Assembly: GCA_903908245.1 (NCBI GenBank)
Contig: CAIVRE010000010.1
Location: 4,227 to 68,226, forward strand
Reading direction: 5' to 3'
Source of the DNA: Candidatus Omnitrophota bacterium
Lineage (GTDB): Bacteria; Omnitrophota; Gorgyraeia; Zapsychrales; Fredricksoniimonadaceae
Length of the DNA stretch: 64,000 bases
The notes under the pieces are model-generated. The model was given only the letters and a program-made list of their open reading frames with translations, was not told the origin of the DNA and did no database searches. Made by a program: the position numbers and the translations under genes. Each line of letters begins with the position of its first letter. Within the stretch, counting starts at the first letter, position 1. Shown here piece after piece: positions 1 through 9,656 of the stretch.

Positions 1-494
1 ACCCCCTCACAAACACCCACTGCCAGTTGAGCTTCCCTGACAAAACGCGTCACCAGAAGGAACTTCTTTTTTTCCACCGTTTTGTCATCTTTCTTACGGG
101 AAATATACTTTCTCCAGGCATAAGTTCCGATGAGCGCAGCCTCAACAGCCGCAACTGCGATAGCCGCACTGTCTTTATGAAGAACGATCTCCACCGAAAA
201 GAGTTTCTTTAACGGCGCGGAAAGAAGCGCGCGACGAAGCACAATACGAAGGCTGGTCAATGTAACGTCCTGCGTTTTACCAAGGCCGACCAGGATCACG
301 ACTTTCCCGTTGACGACCGCCGGGAACATCTCTCCCTTGGCCCCCTCGAACTGGAACGCGCTGATCGCCGAATGCAGCACATCACAAACAGGCTTCCCCT
401 GAAAAGGGCAATGCCTTTGGATGACCTGTTCCTTCGTTAAAAGCACCACGGAAGCCTGTTGGTCAAAACCAGGCTTGCTTGCAAAAAAAACCAT
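1..494 (-). CDS. pepA: Leucyl aminopeptidase (M17) N-terminal part, runs off window edge
   Basis: Not in the ORF track. Manual translation from ATG 494 (GAGG upstream) gives MVFFASKPG...VILVGLGK...AVEAALIGTYAWRKY...LAVGVCEG, open to the edge. It resembles the M17 N-terminal domain; the catalytic domain is outside the window. Confidence 0.7.
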   Translation of the reverse strand, partial: MVFFASKPGFDQQASVVLLTKEQVIQRHCPFQGKPVCDVLHSAISAFQFEGAKGEMFPAVVNGKVVILVGLGKTQDVTLTSLRIVLRRALLSAPLKKLFSVEIVLHKDSAAIAVAAVEAALIGTYAWRKYISRKKDDKTVEKKKFLLVTRFVREAQLAVGVCEG

Positions 495-505
495 ACCCGC
501 ACCTC

Positions 506-1813
506 TTATCGTTTATTGATCGGGACAAAATCCCTTGTTTTCGCCCCGACATAGATCTGCCGCGGACGGCCGATCTTCATCCCGCCCGGCGCTTCAACCA
601 TTTCTTTCCAGTGAGCGATCCACCCCGGCATCCGGCCGATCGCGAACATGACCGTGAACATATCCTTAGGGATGCCGATAGCCTTGTAAATGATCCCGCT
701 GTAAAAATCCACGTTCGGATAAAGATTGCGCTCGATAAAATACGGGTCCTTGAGGACCTTCTCCTCGATCTTGATGGCGATCTCCAGCAACGGGTCATTG
801 ATGCCAAGCTTGTGCAGAAGATCATGCGCGCATTTCTTGATGATCTTGGCCCGCGGATCGAAACTTTTATAAACACGATGCCCGACACCCATCAAAAGAA
901 AGCTGGATGACTTGTCTTTCGCCATATCAATATATTTGTCGATCCCGGAACCTTCCTTGTGAATAGTCTCAAGCATATCCAGGACCGCCTCGTTGGCCCC
1001 CCCGTGAAGCGGGCCCCACAACGCACAGATACCGGCCGAGATCGAGGCGAACAGGTTCGCTTTCGCACTGCCGACCAGGCGAACGGTCGATGTCGAACAA
1101 TTCTGCTCATGGTCCGCGTGAAGGATCAGGAGGACTTTGAGCGCGGTCACCACCTCGTCGTAAATCTTGTACTGCCGTGTCGGGGACGAGAACATCATGT
1201 TCAGGAAGTTCGGAACATATTCCAGGTCTTCACGGGGATAAACAAAAGGCTCCCCGATGGACTTCTTGTACGCAAAGGCCGCAATGGTCCGGATCTTGGA
1301 CATCAGCTGGGTCGCGATCCCGTCGAACTGTTTGGGCGTCGGATCGACCAGATCGATACCCGGATAATACGCCGACAGCGAACAGACCATCGACGCGAGG
1401 ATACCCATCGGATGCGCGGTCGACGGATACCCCTTAAAAACATTTTTCATGTCCTCATGGATCATGGAATGATTGGTGAAAAGGCCGGAGAACTCCCTTA
1501 ACTGCTTGGCCGTCGGAAGATGACCATAAATCAGAAGATAGGCGGTTTCAAGAAAACTCGAATGTTCGGCCAATTGTTCGATCGGATACCCGCGATAACG
1601 CAGGATACCGGCCTCACCGTCAAGGAAAGTGATGGCACTGGAACAACTGGCGGTATTCCCGAACCCCTGGTCGAACGTCACATAATTTGTAAGGGCACGC
1701 AACCTGGAAATATCGATCCCGCGCTCCCCTTCAGAACCGGTAATAACAGGGAGTTCATGAACGTTGTCATTGATGATGATCTTTGCCGTTTCCTGATCCA
1801 TCATTACCTCCAC
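506..1813 (-). CDS. gltA: Citrate synthase
   Basis: Motifs LHADHEQNCST, GPLHGGAN, GVGHRVYK, YPNVDFYSG. Confidence 0.97.
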   Translation of the reverse strand: MEVMMDQETAKIIINDNVHELPVITGSEGERGIDISRLRALTNYVTFDQGFGNTASCSSAITFLDGEAGILRYRGYPIEQLAEHSSFLETAYLLIYGHLPTAKQLREFSGLFTNHSMIHEDMKNVFKGYPSTAHPMGILASMVCSLSAYYPGIDLVDPTPKQFDGIATQLMSKIRTIAAFAYKKSIGEPFVYPREDLEYVPNFLNMMFSSPTRQYKIYDEVVTALKVLLILHADHEQNCSTSTVRLVGSAKANLFASISAGICALWGPLHGGANEAVLDMLETIHKEGSGIDKYIDMAKDKSSSFLLMGVGHRVYKSFDPRAKIIKKCAHDLLHKLGINDPLLEIAIKIEEKVLKDPYFIERNLYPNVDFYSGIIYKAIGIPKDMFTVMFAIGRMPGWIAHWKEMVEAPGGMKIGRPRQIYVGAKTRDFVPINKR

Positions 1814-1843
1814 TGAGGATAAAAATAAGTAATAAAAAGAATT

Positions 1844-1872
1844 ATTATATTATAGGCAGACAAAAAGAGCAA
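1844..1872 (-). promoter_or_regulatory. Putative sigma70 promoter of gltA
   Basis: TTGCTC-17nt-TATAAT on the minus strand. Confidence 0.6.
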
Positions 1873-1888
1873 TACGAACAACGGACGG

Positions 1889-2998
1889 TCACCGGGTTTC
1901 GCCCAGCGTCAAGGGTTGACGGCGTGAAGGCCGGTGGGGCGGCGTATTGACATCCCGGCTGATCGCCTTGATCTCAGGGAGCACCCGAAGGAACCTGTCA
2001 CAGACCTCAGGATCAAAATAAACCTCGCTCATCCGCTTGATCTCTTTAACAGCCGCTTCAAATGTCCAGGCTTTCTTGTACGGGCGCTCCGAAGTCAACG
2101 CATCAAAGACATCACAAATAGCACAGATACGGCCCACCAGGGGGATCGCCTCTCCCTTAAGGCCTCGAGGATATCCTTTTCCGTCCCAACGCTCATGATG
2201 GGTCAGGGCAACAGTCTCCGCCATTTTAAGAAAAGAAGATGTCCCTCCCGACAATATTTCAGCGCCTATCTCGGCATGCGTACGCATCACTGTAAGTTCT
2301 TCCGGCGTTAATGCGCCGGGCTTCAGCAGGATACTATCCGGGATCGCGATCTTGCCCACGTCATGCAAAGGGCTGGTTGCCAGGAGCAGCTCGCACTCCT
2401 CATCGGTCATCCCGAGAGCGCGCGCCAGCGTTTCGCAATAACGGCTCATGCGCACGATATGATCGCCGGTATCCGTGTCGCGGTATTCCGCCGCGTAACC
2501 AAGCCGGCGGATCACATCCAGACGGCTCTGATGCAATTCGGCCGTGCGTTCATGGATGATACTGGCCAGATTGGCATTCTGATCCTTGACGGCATTATGA
2601 AGGAGGTTCGTTTCAATAAGGTTGCGGCAACGCATAATGACCCTTGCCCGGTCATAAGGCTTGTTCAGAAAGTCTTTCGCTCCGGCGGATAATGCCCTCA
2701 AATGAACGCTGTCATCAGAGTCGCCGGTAATAATGATGATCGGCAAGTAATCGTCGGGGTAATCCCGGCGCAAACGGACCATCACATCAAAGCCGCTGAC
2801 CTTGGGCATGTTCAGGTCCAGGATCAGGACATCCGGTTTGTACGAACGATAGACGTTCGCGATCCGTGTGGCATTGGGGAGGCAACGGATGTTGATAAAC
2901 CCGGATGACAGAAGAATATGCTTTAATAAAACCCGGCTGGCCTTGTCGTCTTCCAGGATCAGGATCTTTGCATTCAATATTTGTTCAGACGTTATCAT
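1889..2998 (-). CDS. Response regulator with HD-GYP c-di-GMP phosphodiesterase domain
   Basis: N-terminal REC domain (LEDD, LDLNMP, KP), then HDVGK and HHERWDGKGYP. Confidence 0.93.
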   Translation of the reverse strand: MITSEQILNAKILILEDDKASRVLLKHILLSSGFINIRCLPNATRIANVYRSYKPDVLILDLNMPKVSGFDVMVRLRRDYPDDYLPIIIITGDSDDSVHLRALSAGAKDFLNKPYDRARVIMRCRNLIETNLLHNAVKDQNANLASIIHERTAELHQSRLDVIRRLGYAAEYRDTDTGDHIVRMSRYCETLARALGMTDEECELLLATSPLHDVGKIAIPDSILLKPGALTPEELTVMRTHAEIGAEILSGGTSSFLKMAETVALTHHERWDGKGYPRGLKGEAIPLVGRICAICDVFDALTSERPYKKAWTFEAAVKEIKRMSEVYFDPEVCDRFLRVLPEIKAISRDVNTPPHRPSRRQPLTLGETR

Positions 2999-3725
2999 AA
3001 GCTTTCAATGCCGCATGATCCGTGGAATCACAATGTACAGGAGTTACTGTAGCAAATCCACGGGCTAAAATAAAGGAATCTGAGTTTTTTTCTTTGTGCG
3101 GGGCCGGCGGCCGGCCGGTAAGCCAGAAATATTCACGCCCGCCTGGATCTTTCCTTCGGCGGAATTCACCGTGAATCGGGATCCGGCACTGCCGGGCCCA
3201 GCGGATACCCTTCGAAACACCCGGCGGGACATTCACATTCAGGAACGTCCCGTGAGGCAAGCCTTTCTCGATCACCATCCGCGCGACTTTGAGCCCGATC
3301 ACGGCGGAATGCGCATACTTGGGGTCTTCCCAGTCATTGAGTGAAACCGCGATCGACGGGATCCCGTTGAGGGCCCCTTCCCTTGCCGCTCCGACAGTCC
3401 CGGAATAGAACACACTGCAACCATCGTTACCGCCCCGGTTAATACCGGAAAAGATCATGTCCGGCCGGTCCTCCCTGAGAAGCACCCCCAACGCAAATTT
3501 CACACAATCTGCCGGTGTCCCGCTCAAAGCACTCCCCTTGACCCGAGGTAGAAATGCAACCGTCTTGTGATAGATCGGATGGTCAAGGGTGATCGCCTGT
3601 GAGATCGAACTTCGCTCCCCGTCGGGAGCAACAACAGTCACCCGCCCCAGTTTGATCAGGGCTTTATACAAGGCAATTATTCCGTCGGAACGGATACCAT
3701 CATCATTGGTCAACAAAATATGCAT
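2985..3725 (-). CDS. surE: 5'/3'-nucleotidase SurE
   Basis: LTNDDG, GTPADCV, SGINRG, YSGTVGAA. Confidence 0.96.
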   Translation of the reverse strand: MHILLTNDDGIRSDGIIALYKALIKLGRVTVVAPDGERSSISQAITLDHPIYHKTVAFLPRVKGSALSGTPADCVKFALGVLLREDRPDMIFSGINRGGNDGCSVFYSGTVGAAREGALNGIPSIAVSLNDWEDPKYAHSAVIGLKVARMVIEKGLPHGTFLNVNVPPGVSKGIRWARQCRIPIHGEFRRRKDPGGREYFWLTGRPPAPHKEKNSDSFILARGFATVTPVHCDSTDHAALKAYDNV

Positions 3726-5458
3726 TAAGACTTCCTCCTGGGGACACGGACTTCGATCACTGTAGACCCTTTGGACCCTAAAGCCCGCGTATAATCTCTT
3801 TTAAAAGCCGTTAAAGAACCCGGCGCATCATATTTAAGACCAAAAAGACTGGCCGCCGAACGGAATGAGATCCCGTGCGGTGCAGTAAAACATTTCTGAA
3901 AAACAGGGGACCTCTCATAAACAGGAAGAAGAGTAAATATCCCTCCTCCGTCATTGTTGATCGCGACAATAACAAGTTTTTGTCCCGCGCGAACTAATAA
4001 TGCCAGCGCATTAAGATCATACAAGAACGCCAGATCGCCGATCACGAGTGTCGTTGTGCTCTTTAACCCTTCGGCAAAACCGATGGCCGAAGCAATGATC
4101 CCATCAATCCCGGAAGCACCGCGGTTAGCCCCCACAACGACGTCGCGGCCATCCCGCGAGGCGAAAGAATCCATATCGCGCACAGGCATGCTATTGCTTA
4201 AGAACAACCCGCTTCCTGCCGGAATGATCTTCGTCACCATACGCGCAATCGCAGGCTCAGAGAGAACGCTTCGGGATAAAGTTCTTTCGATCCTCCGCTC
4301 TTCGGTCTGATCGGCTTTCCGGAGGCCTGACAAGGCCTTTGGAAAAACCCGGTCTCCGAGTAACGGCAAAACACCGTCGATGAAAACAGCCGGTCCGACA
4401 ACGAACCGCGCAGTCACTTTATGAAGCGGATCACTGCGCAGCGGATGAGCGATGACCATCAGATATTCTTTAAGCGCCATCCTTGTTAATGCCTCGTAAC
4501 AACGCCTGGACGTCATTCGTCCGCCGAAATGAATAACCCCGTCGAAATCCATCGGGCCCTTTCTTGTCGAAAGGATCCGGTCAAAATACGCGATCACATT
4601 AGGATGCCGGCAACCCAGGCGAAGTCCCGATGTAACATCCGCGAATATCGGAAATCCGGTCTTTTCCGCGAACAACAAGATCGCCTGACGGTCCGCCGGA
4701 GATGACAACTTCCCGACAAGAATAAGGGCATTCCTGATTCGGCCAAGACGGCTCTGGGCATCTTTTAATGCGCTTTCAGTTACGATCGCCCCTTTCGGCT
4801 CATAAACCGTATAAGACTTGTCTGAAGCCACCCAATTCCTGAGCGAAGAAAGATATCGAGTCAAATTCTTGTTCTGCTTGACCGGTGCCAAAGGCTCACG
4901 GAACATGACATTGAGATGCACCGGCCCGGGCAATTCCCCTTTAGCCCGGCTGACGGCCAGACCTGCGGTGGTCAGGACAAATTCTGGCAGGATCTCCATC
5001 GTCGGACAAGGCATATCGAAAGCCCAGCGTACGTAAGCGCCATACATACCCGGCTGTTCAATGCACTGGGCCGCTCCGGTCTTTTGCAGTTCCGGCGGAC
5101 GATCAGCGGTCAGGACGATCAAAGGCAGTTTCTTTTTTGACGCCTCAATGATCCCGGGCAAGAAATTCGCGGCCGCAGTCCCCGATGTGCATACCAGCAC
5201 CGCCGGCTTTCCTGACGATGACGCATAGCCGCAGGCCATGAACGCAAGCGCCCGCTCATCAAAATGAACCACCGAATGGACCCTTTTATCATTGCCTGCC
5301 GCAAATAACAGGGGGGCCGAGCGGGAACCGGGCGCAAGAAAAAAATATTCAACCCCTTGCCGGCGCAATTCTTCCACCAGCAATGCCGCCCATAAATAAT
5401 TGATGTTCGGCTGATCGATCACAGACAGCATTGAATGATCAGCGTCCATAAAGGACAT
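3725..5458 (-). CDS. menD: SEPHCHC synthase MenD (start may be 5449 or 5431)
   Basis: PGSRSAPL, DERALAF, TSGTAAAN, NRGASGIDG, GDLAFLYD, NNDGGGIF. Confidence 0.96.
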   Translation of the reverse strand: MSFMDADHSMLSVIDQPNINYLWAALLVEELRRQGVEYFFLAPGSRSAPLLFAAGNDKRVHSVVHFDERALAFMACGYASSSGKPAVLVCTSGTAAANFLPGIIEASKKKLPLIVLTADRPPELQKTGAAQCIEQPGMYGAYVRWAFDMPCPTMEILPEFVLTTAGLAVSRAKGELPGPVHLNVMFREPLAPVKQNKNLTRYLSSLRNWVASDKSYTVYEPKGAIVTESALKDAQSRLGRIRNALILVGKLSSPADRQAILLFAEKTGFPIFADVTSGLRLGCRHPNVIAYFDRILSTRKGPMDFDGVIHFGGRMTSRRCYEALTRMALKEYLMVIAHPLRSDPLHKVTARFVVGPAVFIDGVLPLLGDRVFPKALSGLRKADQTEERRIERTLSRSVLSEPAIARMVTKIIPAGSGLFLSNSMPVRDMDSFASRDGRDVVVGANRGASGIDGIIASAIGFAEGLKSTTTLVIGDLAFLYDLNALALLVRAGQKLVIVAINNDGGGIFTLLPVYERSPVFQKCFTAPHGISFRSAASLFGLKYDAPGSLTAFKRDYTRALGSKGSTVIEVRVPRRKS

Positions 5459-6794
5459 CCAGGATGTTTTTCATTTTTAACCCGACCTCTTCCCATTCCG
5501 CCAGCGCGTCCGACCCCTTGACCACCCCGGCGCCACCATAAATATACCATTGAGCCTGACGAATAAGGCAAGAACGGATCCCGACCGCCATCTGGGCCTC
5601 ATCACGGCTCAACCAGCCAACGGTCCCTGCGAACCATCCCCGGTCAAAAGGTTCGCTACTCAAAAGCGTTTGAACGGCTCCCGCGGTCGGCACACCGCCT
5701 ACGGCCGGTGTGGGATGCAAGGCATTGATAATAACTTCATCACTGACCCCTTCCAGCAAACGGCCCCGCAGACGCTGGAAAAAATGCCGTTGATTGGGCA
5801 GTTCCATCATTGTGCCTTTTCCATCTAGCTTGGCCAGAACGCATAATTGCCGTAACCTGTCCGCCAGCATATCCACCACCTGCTTATGCTCCAGCTTGTC
5901 TTTGACAGAAGCCGCCAGCTCTGCCTTGAACCGCAGATCCTCCCACTCATCCTGGCCACGGGGACGGGTCCCGGCAACGGCAAAGGTATCAAGGCGGTCC
6001 CGGCGGCGGTGATAAAGCAGTTCCGGCGAAACCCCGAGAAAACCGGTCAACGGCGCCGGCAAACACATGAATCCATGGCCGGACTGCTCGAGCAGCTTCG
6101 CCATCACAACCTCAGGGGAAACAGGAGAACTCAGAACCAGCCTCAAACAACGGGCGAGAACGACTTTGGATATTTCACCACTGTCAATAAGCGCAAGCAT
6201 TTTTCCAACGATCCCCCGCCACTCTTCATAGGATGGAGACTCCTCAAGGGATACAATATCCGGTGCAAACGCGGAAACATCTTCCACATAAAAGATCCTG
6301 TCAAGGATAGCGATCGTTTCGTCCATGGTCCCGTCATCAGCCTCGGAAAGGATCAGCTGGCATACCAGGTGCCACTTGGCGCTGGCAGGATCGCGTTCGA
6401 TCCCGATCTTGGGGATATACATCGCCCAGGCATCAAAATCAGACCACTCCGGGCCGATGATCCGCGCATGAAAAGACCCGCCGCACCAACAACGCAATGA
6501 CGGCACGCGCTCCATCCACTGACGCACCGTATCCCATTGTTCCGACACGCAAGTGCGGTCCGAATTCGTAAAGATATGGGCCGCGCCGGCATAAGCCAGC
6601 ATCCGCCCGCCATCCTCACTGCGCCAGAAGAACTTTGGATACTCCCTCTGGGATGCCAGCCAGGACAATGGTTCATAGGCGTCGGAACACTCGGCCTGGA
6701 CACGGATCACCAAGGGGTACTGCCCCGCGGTGACCGCTTTGGCACATTCCCTGATCAATGCCCGTTTTAACGCTTTGACCGGATCTGAATTCAT
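5439..6794 (-). CDS. menF: Isochorismate synthase
   Basis: KVVLAR, SPELL, AVAGT, LHPTPAVGG, GAGVVKGS; adjacent to menD. Confidence 0.9.
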   Translation of the reverse strand: MNSDPVKALKRALIRECAKAVTAGQYPLVIRVQAECSDAYEPLSWLASQREYPKFFWRSEDGGRMLAYAGAAHIFTNSDRTCVSEQWDTVRQWMERVPSLRCWCGGSFHARIIGPEWSDFDAWAMYIPKIGIERDPASAKWHLVCQLILSEADDGTMDETIAILDRIFYVEDVSAFAPDIVSLEESPSYEEWRGIVGKMLALIDSGEISKVVLARCLRLVLSSPVSPEVVMAKLLEQSGHGFMCLPAPLTGFLGVSPELLYHRRRDRLDTFAVAGTRPRGQDEWEDLRFKAELAASVKDKLEHKQVVDMLADRLRQLCVLAKLDGKGTMMELPNQRHFFQRLRGRLLEGVSDEVIINALHPTPAVGGVPTAGAVQTLLSSEPFDRGWFAGTVGWLSRDEAQMAVGIRSCLIRQAQWYIYGGAGVVKGSDALAEWEEVGLKMKNILDVLYGR

Positions 6795-7483
6795 TTCTTT
6801 GCCATATATAAGGTGACCGCGCCAAAAGCCATCGGGCGAACCGAGACCTCCCTGAAACCTGACTGGCGAAGCATTTTAAGAAAACGATCGGGCGAAGGGA
6901 ACCGGATAATGCTTTCCCCAAGATGGCGATACGCCTTCCAATTCCCTGTGAACAACAAACCCGCCAAAGGGACAATGACCCCCAAATACAACCAATACAA
7001 GAACCGAGCGATCGCTCCTGCCGGACGAGAAAACTCCAGTATCCCGAAATATCCCGAAGGCTTCAGGACCCGGTACGCTGAAATTAAAAGCCTGATAATA
7101 TCCGGAACATTCCGTAGAGCAAAACCAACAGTGACCGCGTCGAACGATGCGTCCTCGAACGGGACATTCAACGCATCGCCCTCGATCAAGCATGGCTTTG
7201 CCCCTGCCTTATTCAAACGAACCCTCGCCACGCCCAACATGTTCCCGGAAATATCAATGCCCGTTATATGCGTAACATCAGGACGATAACGGAAGAACGC
7301 CAAAGGGATCGCCGCGGTGCCGCAGGCAAGATCCAGCAGACAACGCGTCCCCGGGGGAAAAGCCTTTGCCAGCCGGGCTCGCCATGCCGAATGAAACCCG
7401 AACGACAATACAGAGTTCACCAGGTCATAACGAAAGGCAATGCGATCAAATATCTCATTGGAAACTGCGTTCGATAACCCCAT
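6791..7483 (-). CDS. menG: Demethylmenaquinone methyltransferase (UbiE/MenG)
   Basis: FDRIAFRYDLVN, LDLACGTA, FALRNV, LEFS; ATGA overlap with menF; start placed at MGLSN. Confidence 0.9.
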   Translation of the reverse strand: MGLSNAVSNEIFDRIAFRYDLVNSVLSFGFHSAWRARLAKAFPPGTRCLLDLACGTAAIPLAFFRYRPDVTHITGIDISGNMLGVARVRLNKAGAKPCLIEGDALNVPFEDASFDAVTVGFALRNVPDIIRLLISAYRVLKPSGYFGILEFSRPAGAIARFLYWLYLGVIVPLAGLLFTGNWKAYRHLGESIIRFPSPDRFLKMLRQSGFREVSVRPMAFGAVTLYMAKK

Positions 7484-7485
7484 CT

Positions 7486-8421
7486 TTATCCGATCAGAAA
7501 ATGTTCCGCTTCCAGAGCGGCCATGCATCCCGACCCGGCTGCAACGATCGCCTGCCGATATTTCCTGTCCTGCACATCCCCGCAGGCGAAAACACCTTCA
7601 ATATTTGTTGCCGTCGATCCGGGGGCTGTTTTTATATACCCCGTCTCATCGAGCTGAACCTGGCCTCCGAGAAATGCCGTATTGGGCGTATGCCCGATCG
7701 CATAAAAAAGTCCGCCGCAAGCAAGGTCGGACTTCATCCCGGTCTTGGTGTCCTGGACCTTTAATCCTGTCAACACCTTGTTCCCCACCGCTTCCAGAGG
7801 GACCGTATTCCACATAACCTCGACCTTGGGATCTCCCAGAACACGTTTTTGCATCGCCTTGGATGCGCGTAATTCATCACGACGATGCATCAGGATCACC
7901 TTGCCGGCATATTTGGTCAAATGAGTGGCTTCCTCGACCGCGGTATCTCCTCCGCCGATCACCACCAGGACCTTGTTGCGAAAAAAAGGCAGCGCCCCGT
8001 CACATACCGCGCACGCCGAGATCCCCTTCTGCCAGAATTCATCTTCTCCCGGGATATCCATCCTTTTCGCCGTCGCACCCGTGGCAATGATCAAAGCCCT
8101 GGCCTGGAACGCCTCTCCACTTTCCGTGATGACCGTCAAAGGGCGTTTGGACAGCTCGACTTTCTCAACTGTTTCGGTCTTGATGCGCGTGCCGTATTTG
8201 ACAGACTGTTCCCGCATCTTGAGCATCAATTCAGGCCCGCTGACGGCATCCGGAAATCCGGGAAAATTCTCGATCTCAGTCGTTGTGGTCAATTGGCCGC
8301 CGGCCGCAACTCCGCCGGCCATCATCCCTTCGAAAAGCAATGGCGACAGATTCGCCCTCGCCGCGTAAATAGCCGCGGTATGCGCCGCTGGCCCTGAACC
8401 GATAATGATCACATTCTCCAT
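7486..8421 (-). CDS. trxB: Thioredoxin reductase
   Basis: [27 protein letters not shown]. Confidence 0.97.
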   Translation of the reverse strand: MENVIIIGSGPAAHTAAIYAARANLSPLLFEGMMAGGVAAGGQLTTTTEIENFPGFPDAVSGPELMLKMREQSVKYGTRIKTETVEKVELSKRPLTVITESGEAFQARALIIATGATAKRMDIPGEDEFWQKGISACAVCDGALPFFRNKVLVVIGGGDTAVEEATHLTKYAGKVILMHRRDELRASKAMQKRVLGDPKVEVMWNTVPLEAVGNKVLTGLKVQDTKTGMKSDLACGGLFYAIGHTPNTAFLGGQVQLDETGYIKTAPGSTATNIEGVFACGDVQDRKYRQAIVAAGSGCMAALEAEHFLIG

Positions 8422-8437
8422 ATTTTGACGCTCCTGG

Positions 8438-9511
8438 TCATTGTTTCCTGAACGGCCGCAATTCTTTTATCGTCTTTATCCCGTCCTCTTCACCGTATGC
8501 CGACGCTTTCGCCAGCAATTCATCCAGCGGCACTTCCGACTTGATGGTAAATCCGGCATCCCGGATCATCTGAAGCGTCCGGGTATCCGCCGCACCGCGC
8601 ACATTAAGATACCCCTGCAAAAAAAGAGAATTCGCCGCGTATAACCCCATTGCCTCAAGGGACCGCAAATGCATTTCACGCCCGGCCGCCATCCTTATTT
8701 CAGCAGAAGGATTAATGAGCCGGAAAAGACATAAAACACGCAAACAATATTCCGGGGAAAGCCCGCTGGCGCTGGTGATCGCGACTCCCGGAACGGGCAT
8801 AAAAAAATTCACCGGGATCGATTCGGCCTTCAATTCTCTAAGCCGCATCGCCATATCCACCACATCGCTCGCAGCCTCCCCCATCCCCACAATAACACCC
8901 GAACAAACGGCCAATCCCGCTTCTTTAGCCGCTTTTAAAGTCCCTATCCTGTCATTGTACGAATGTGTCGTGCAAATATGGCCATAATAGCGCTCGGATG
9001 TATTAAGATTATGGTTCAGGCGATCCAGCCCGGCGGACTTGAGCCTGACAGCCTGGACAGGGCTGACAATGCCCGGTGATACGCAAACTTCAATGGGATA
9101 TTTCTTCTTGATATCACGGATAATGGTGCACAGCCTGTCAATGCGCTCATCGGAAGGGCCGGTCCCGGCAAAAACCATGCAATACCGGAAAGCCCCCTGT
9201 TCATACGCCGCCTCCGCTTCCGCCAGGATCTCGCTTTCCGGCTTCATCGGGTATTGCTCGATCAAAGCATGCGAAGACCTGGATTGGGCGCAATACCGGC
9301 AGTCCTCCGGGCACAGCCCGTTCTGGACATTATTCAGGATATGGACCGTCACTTCCCTCTTATAGTGCATCTCCCTGAAATAATACGCCGCGCCAAGGCA
9401 AGACAACAGATCACAGCGCGCAGCATCAAGGACTGCAAGGCTGTCGTCCAGGGATAAACCTTCCGGCCTTTGTGCCGCTTTAATAATATGATCTACAGGA
9501 TTTTTTTTCAT
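8438..9511 (-). CDS. bioB: Biotin synthase
   Basis: Radical [36 protein letters not shown]. Confidence 0.96.
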   Translation of the reverse strand: MKKNPVDHIIKAAQRPEGLSLDDSLAVLDAARCDLLSCLGAAYYFREMHYKREVTVHILNNVQNGLCPEDCRYCAQSRSSHALIEQYPMKPESEILAEAEAAYEQGAFRYCMVFAGTGPSDERIDRLCTIIRDIKKKYPIEVCVSPGIVSPVQAVRLKSAGLDRLNHNLNTSERYYGHICTTHSYNDRIGTLKAAKEAGLAVCSGVIVGMGEAASDVVDMAMRLRELKAESIPVNFFMPVPGVAITSASGLSPEYCLRVLCLFRLINPSAEIRMAAGREMHLRSLEAMGLYAANSLFLQGYLNVRGAADTRTLQMIRDAGFTIKSEVPLDELLAKASAYGEEDGIKTIKELRPFRKQ

Positions 9512-9656
9512 AAAAATAAGAACTTATTGTATTATAAAGTCGGATTTAAAAATAGTAAAATCGCTCTCCCGGAAACAAGGTTTTAAACTTTTTAAAAGCT
9601 TGATTTTCGGTCAATTTGCTCTATATTGTCGTGATAAGAATACAAGTGGACAACCT

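Noticed and set aside
9512-9656. Possible BirA operator upstream of bioB
   Set aside because: No TGTAAAC-N-GTTTACA-like palindrome seen; only AT-rich divergent promoter DNA.
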